This document shows, in pieces, positions 44,929-45,123 of a DNA stretch of 45,123 nucleotides. The position numbers and the translations under genes were made by a program. Each line of letters opens with the position of its first letter. Positions within the stretch are counted from its first letter, which is position 1. The stretch is from an uncultured Ruminococcus sp. (GTDB lineage Bacteria; Bacillota; Clostridia; Oscillospirales; CAG-272). The notes below the pieces were generated by a model. That model saw only the letters and a list, made by a program, of their open reading frames with translations, had not been told where the DNA came from and made no database searches. Location: the NCBI GenBank assembly GCA_902778205.1, contig CACYWX010000006.1:1-45123 (forward strand), in the 5' to 3' direction.

Positions 44929-45111
44929 AAACAAGCTGTCACCGAGCGGGGGACCGCAAGGGAAACAGCAGTCGGCTCATTGAAAATTGAACAACAACAA
45001 TGTACAAAGACTCCGAAAATTCTTTTGAATTTAAAGAAGCTCTGAGTAATTAGAGCGAAAGATCTGACATCTAAGAGATCGGATCAATCCGGGGGAACCC
45101 GGTTGATATAC
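44929..45111 (+). other. rRNA operon leader (contains a TTGAAAATTGAACAACAA boxA-like element)
   Basis: Non-coding, AT-richer sequence downstream of the tandem promoters. CATTGAAAATTGAACAACAACAATG resembles the conserved leader/antitermination element upstream of Firmicute 16S genes. Confidence 0.55.
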
Positions 45112-45123
45112 AATTTTTTAGAG
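45112..45123 (+). rRNA. probable extreme 5' end of a 16S rRNA gene (runs off the right edge)
   Basis: The window ends ...AATTTTTTAGAG. AGAG matches the first four bases of the universal AGAGTTTGATCMTGGCTCAG site. The call is supported only by context (tandem strong promoters plus leader). Confidence 0.4.

Noticed and set aside
1-45123. Search for defence systems, CRISPR arrays, toxin-antitoxin pairs, prophage, integrase or transposase genes
   Set aside because: None of the translated ORFs shows integrase, recombinase, transposase, Cas, restriction-modification, nuclease/helicase-type defence or phage structural signatures. No spaced repeat arrays were seen. The window reads as core chromosome, apart from the small tRNA-adjacent segment noted in the findings.

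Overview
GC-rich chromosomal segment from a spore-forming Firmicute, probably a high-GC Clostridia or Oscillospiraceae-like organism judging by the gene content. It is mostly housekeeping and sporulation genes with carbohydrate-active enzymes interspersed. Left to right: partial DUF3794-like gene (-), ACT-domain protein, two glycoside-hydrolase-like proteins, CmpB-like membrane protein, HU, tRNA-Ala(CGC), a secreted protein, two tandem XRE-family regulators, a minus-strand ABC/DUF1854/ABC operon, small protein plus RluA-family pseudouridine synthase, DUF3810 metalloprotease-like protein, secreted Cu-amine-oxidase-N-like protein, PNPOx-like protein, GH127, two convergent CotH kinase-family genes, type II pantothenate kinase, SGNH hydrolase, HAD-IIA hydrolase, spoIIP, gpr, an orphan peptide-binding lipoprotein, DUF4364, a SigH-like sigma factor, a CxxC zinc-ribbon protein, rlmB, a 1475-aa protein, a TIGR03960/TIGR03936-type radical SAM fusion and DUF421. 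The window ends in tandem rRNA-operon promoters, the leader and the first bases of 16S. Many promoters are near-perfect TTGACA-N17-(TGn)TATAAT, and several clean intrinsic terminators are visible. I found no CRISPR array, integrase, transposase, phage or recognisable defence genes. I do not see a convincing complete novel system. The best candidates for a second look are: (1) the 1475-aa ORF, which joins a long acidic disordered region to a P1B-type-ATPase-like scaffold with all catalytic motifs degenerated; (2) the ABC/DUF1854/ABC module with N-terminal soluble domains and zinc ribbons, where two of three genes carry frame-breaking internal lesions; (3) an exact 22-bp duplication of the tRNA-Ala 3' end 198 bp downstream, which looks like an att-site scar; (4) a split CotH/lamin-tail gene; (5) an XRE regulator fused to a methyltransferase-like domain. 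Many long ORFs in the track are GC-driven antisense shadow ORFs and were rejected. All family assignments come from reading the translations by eye and from memory. No searches were run.
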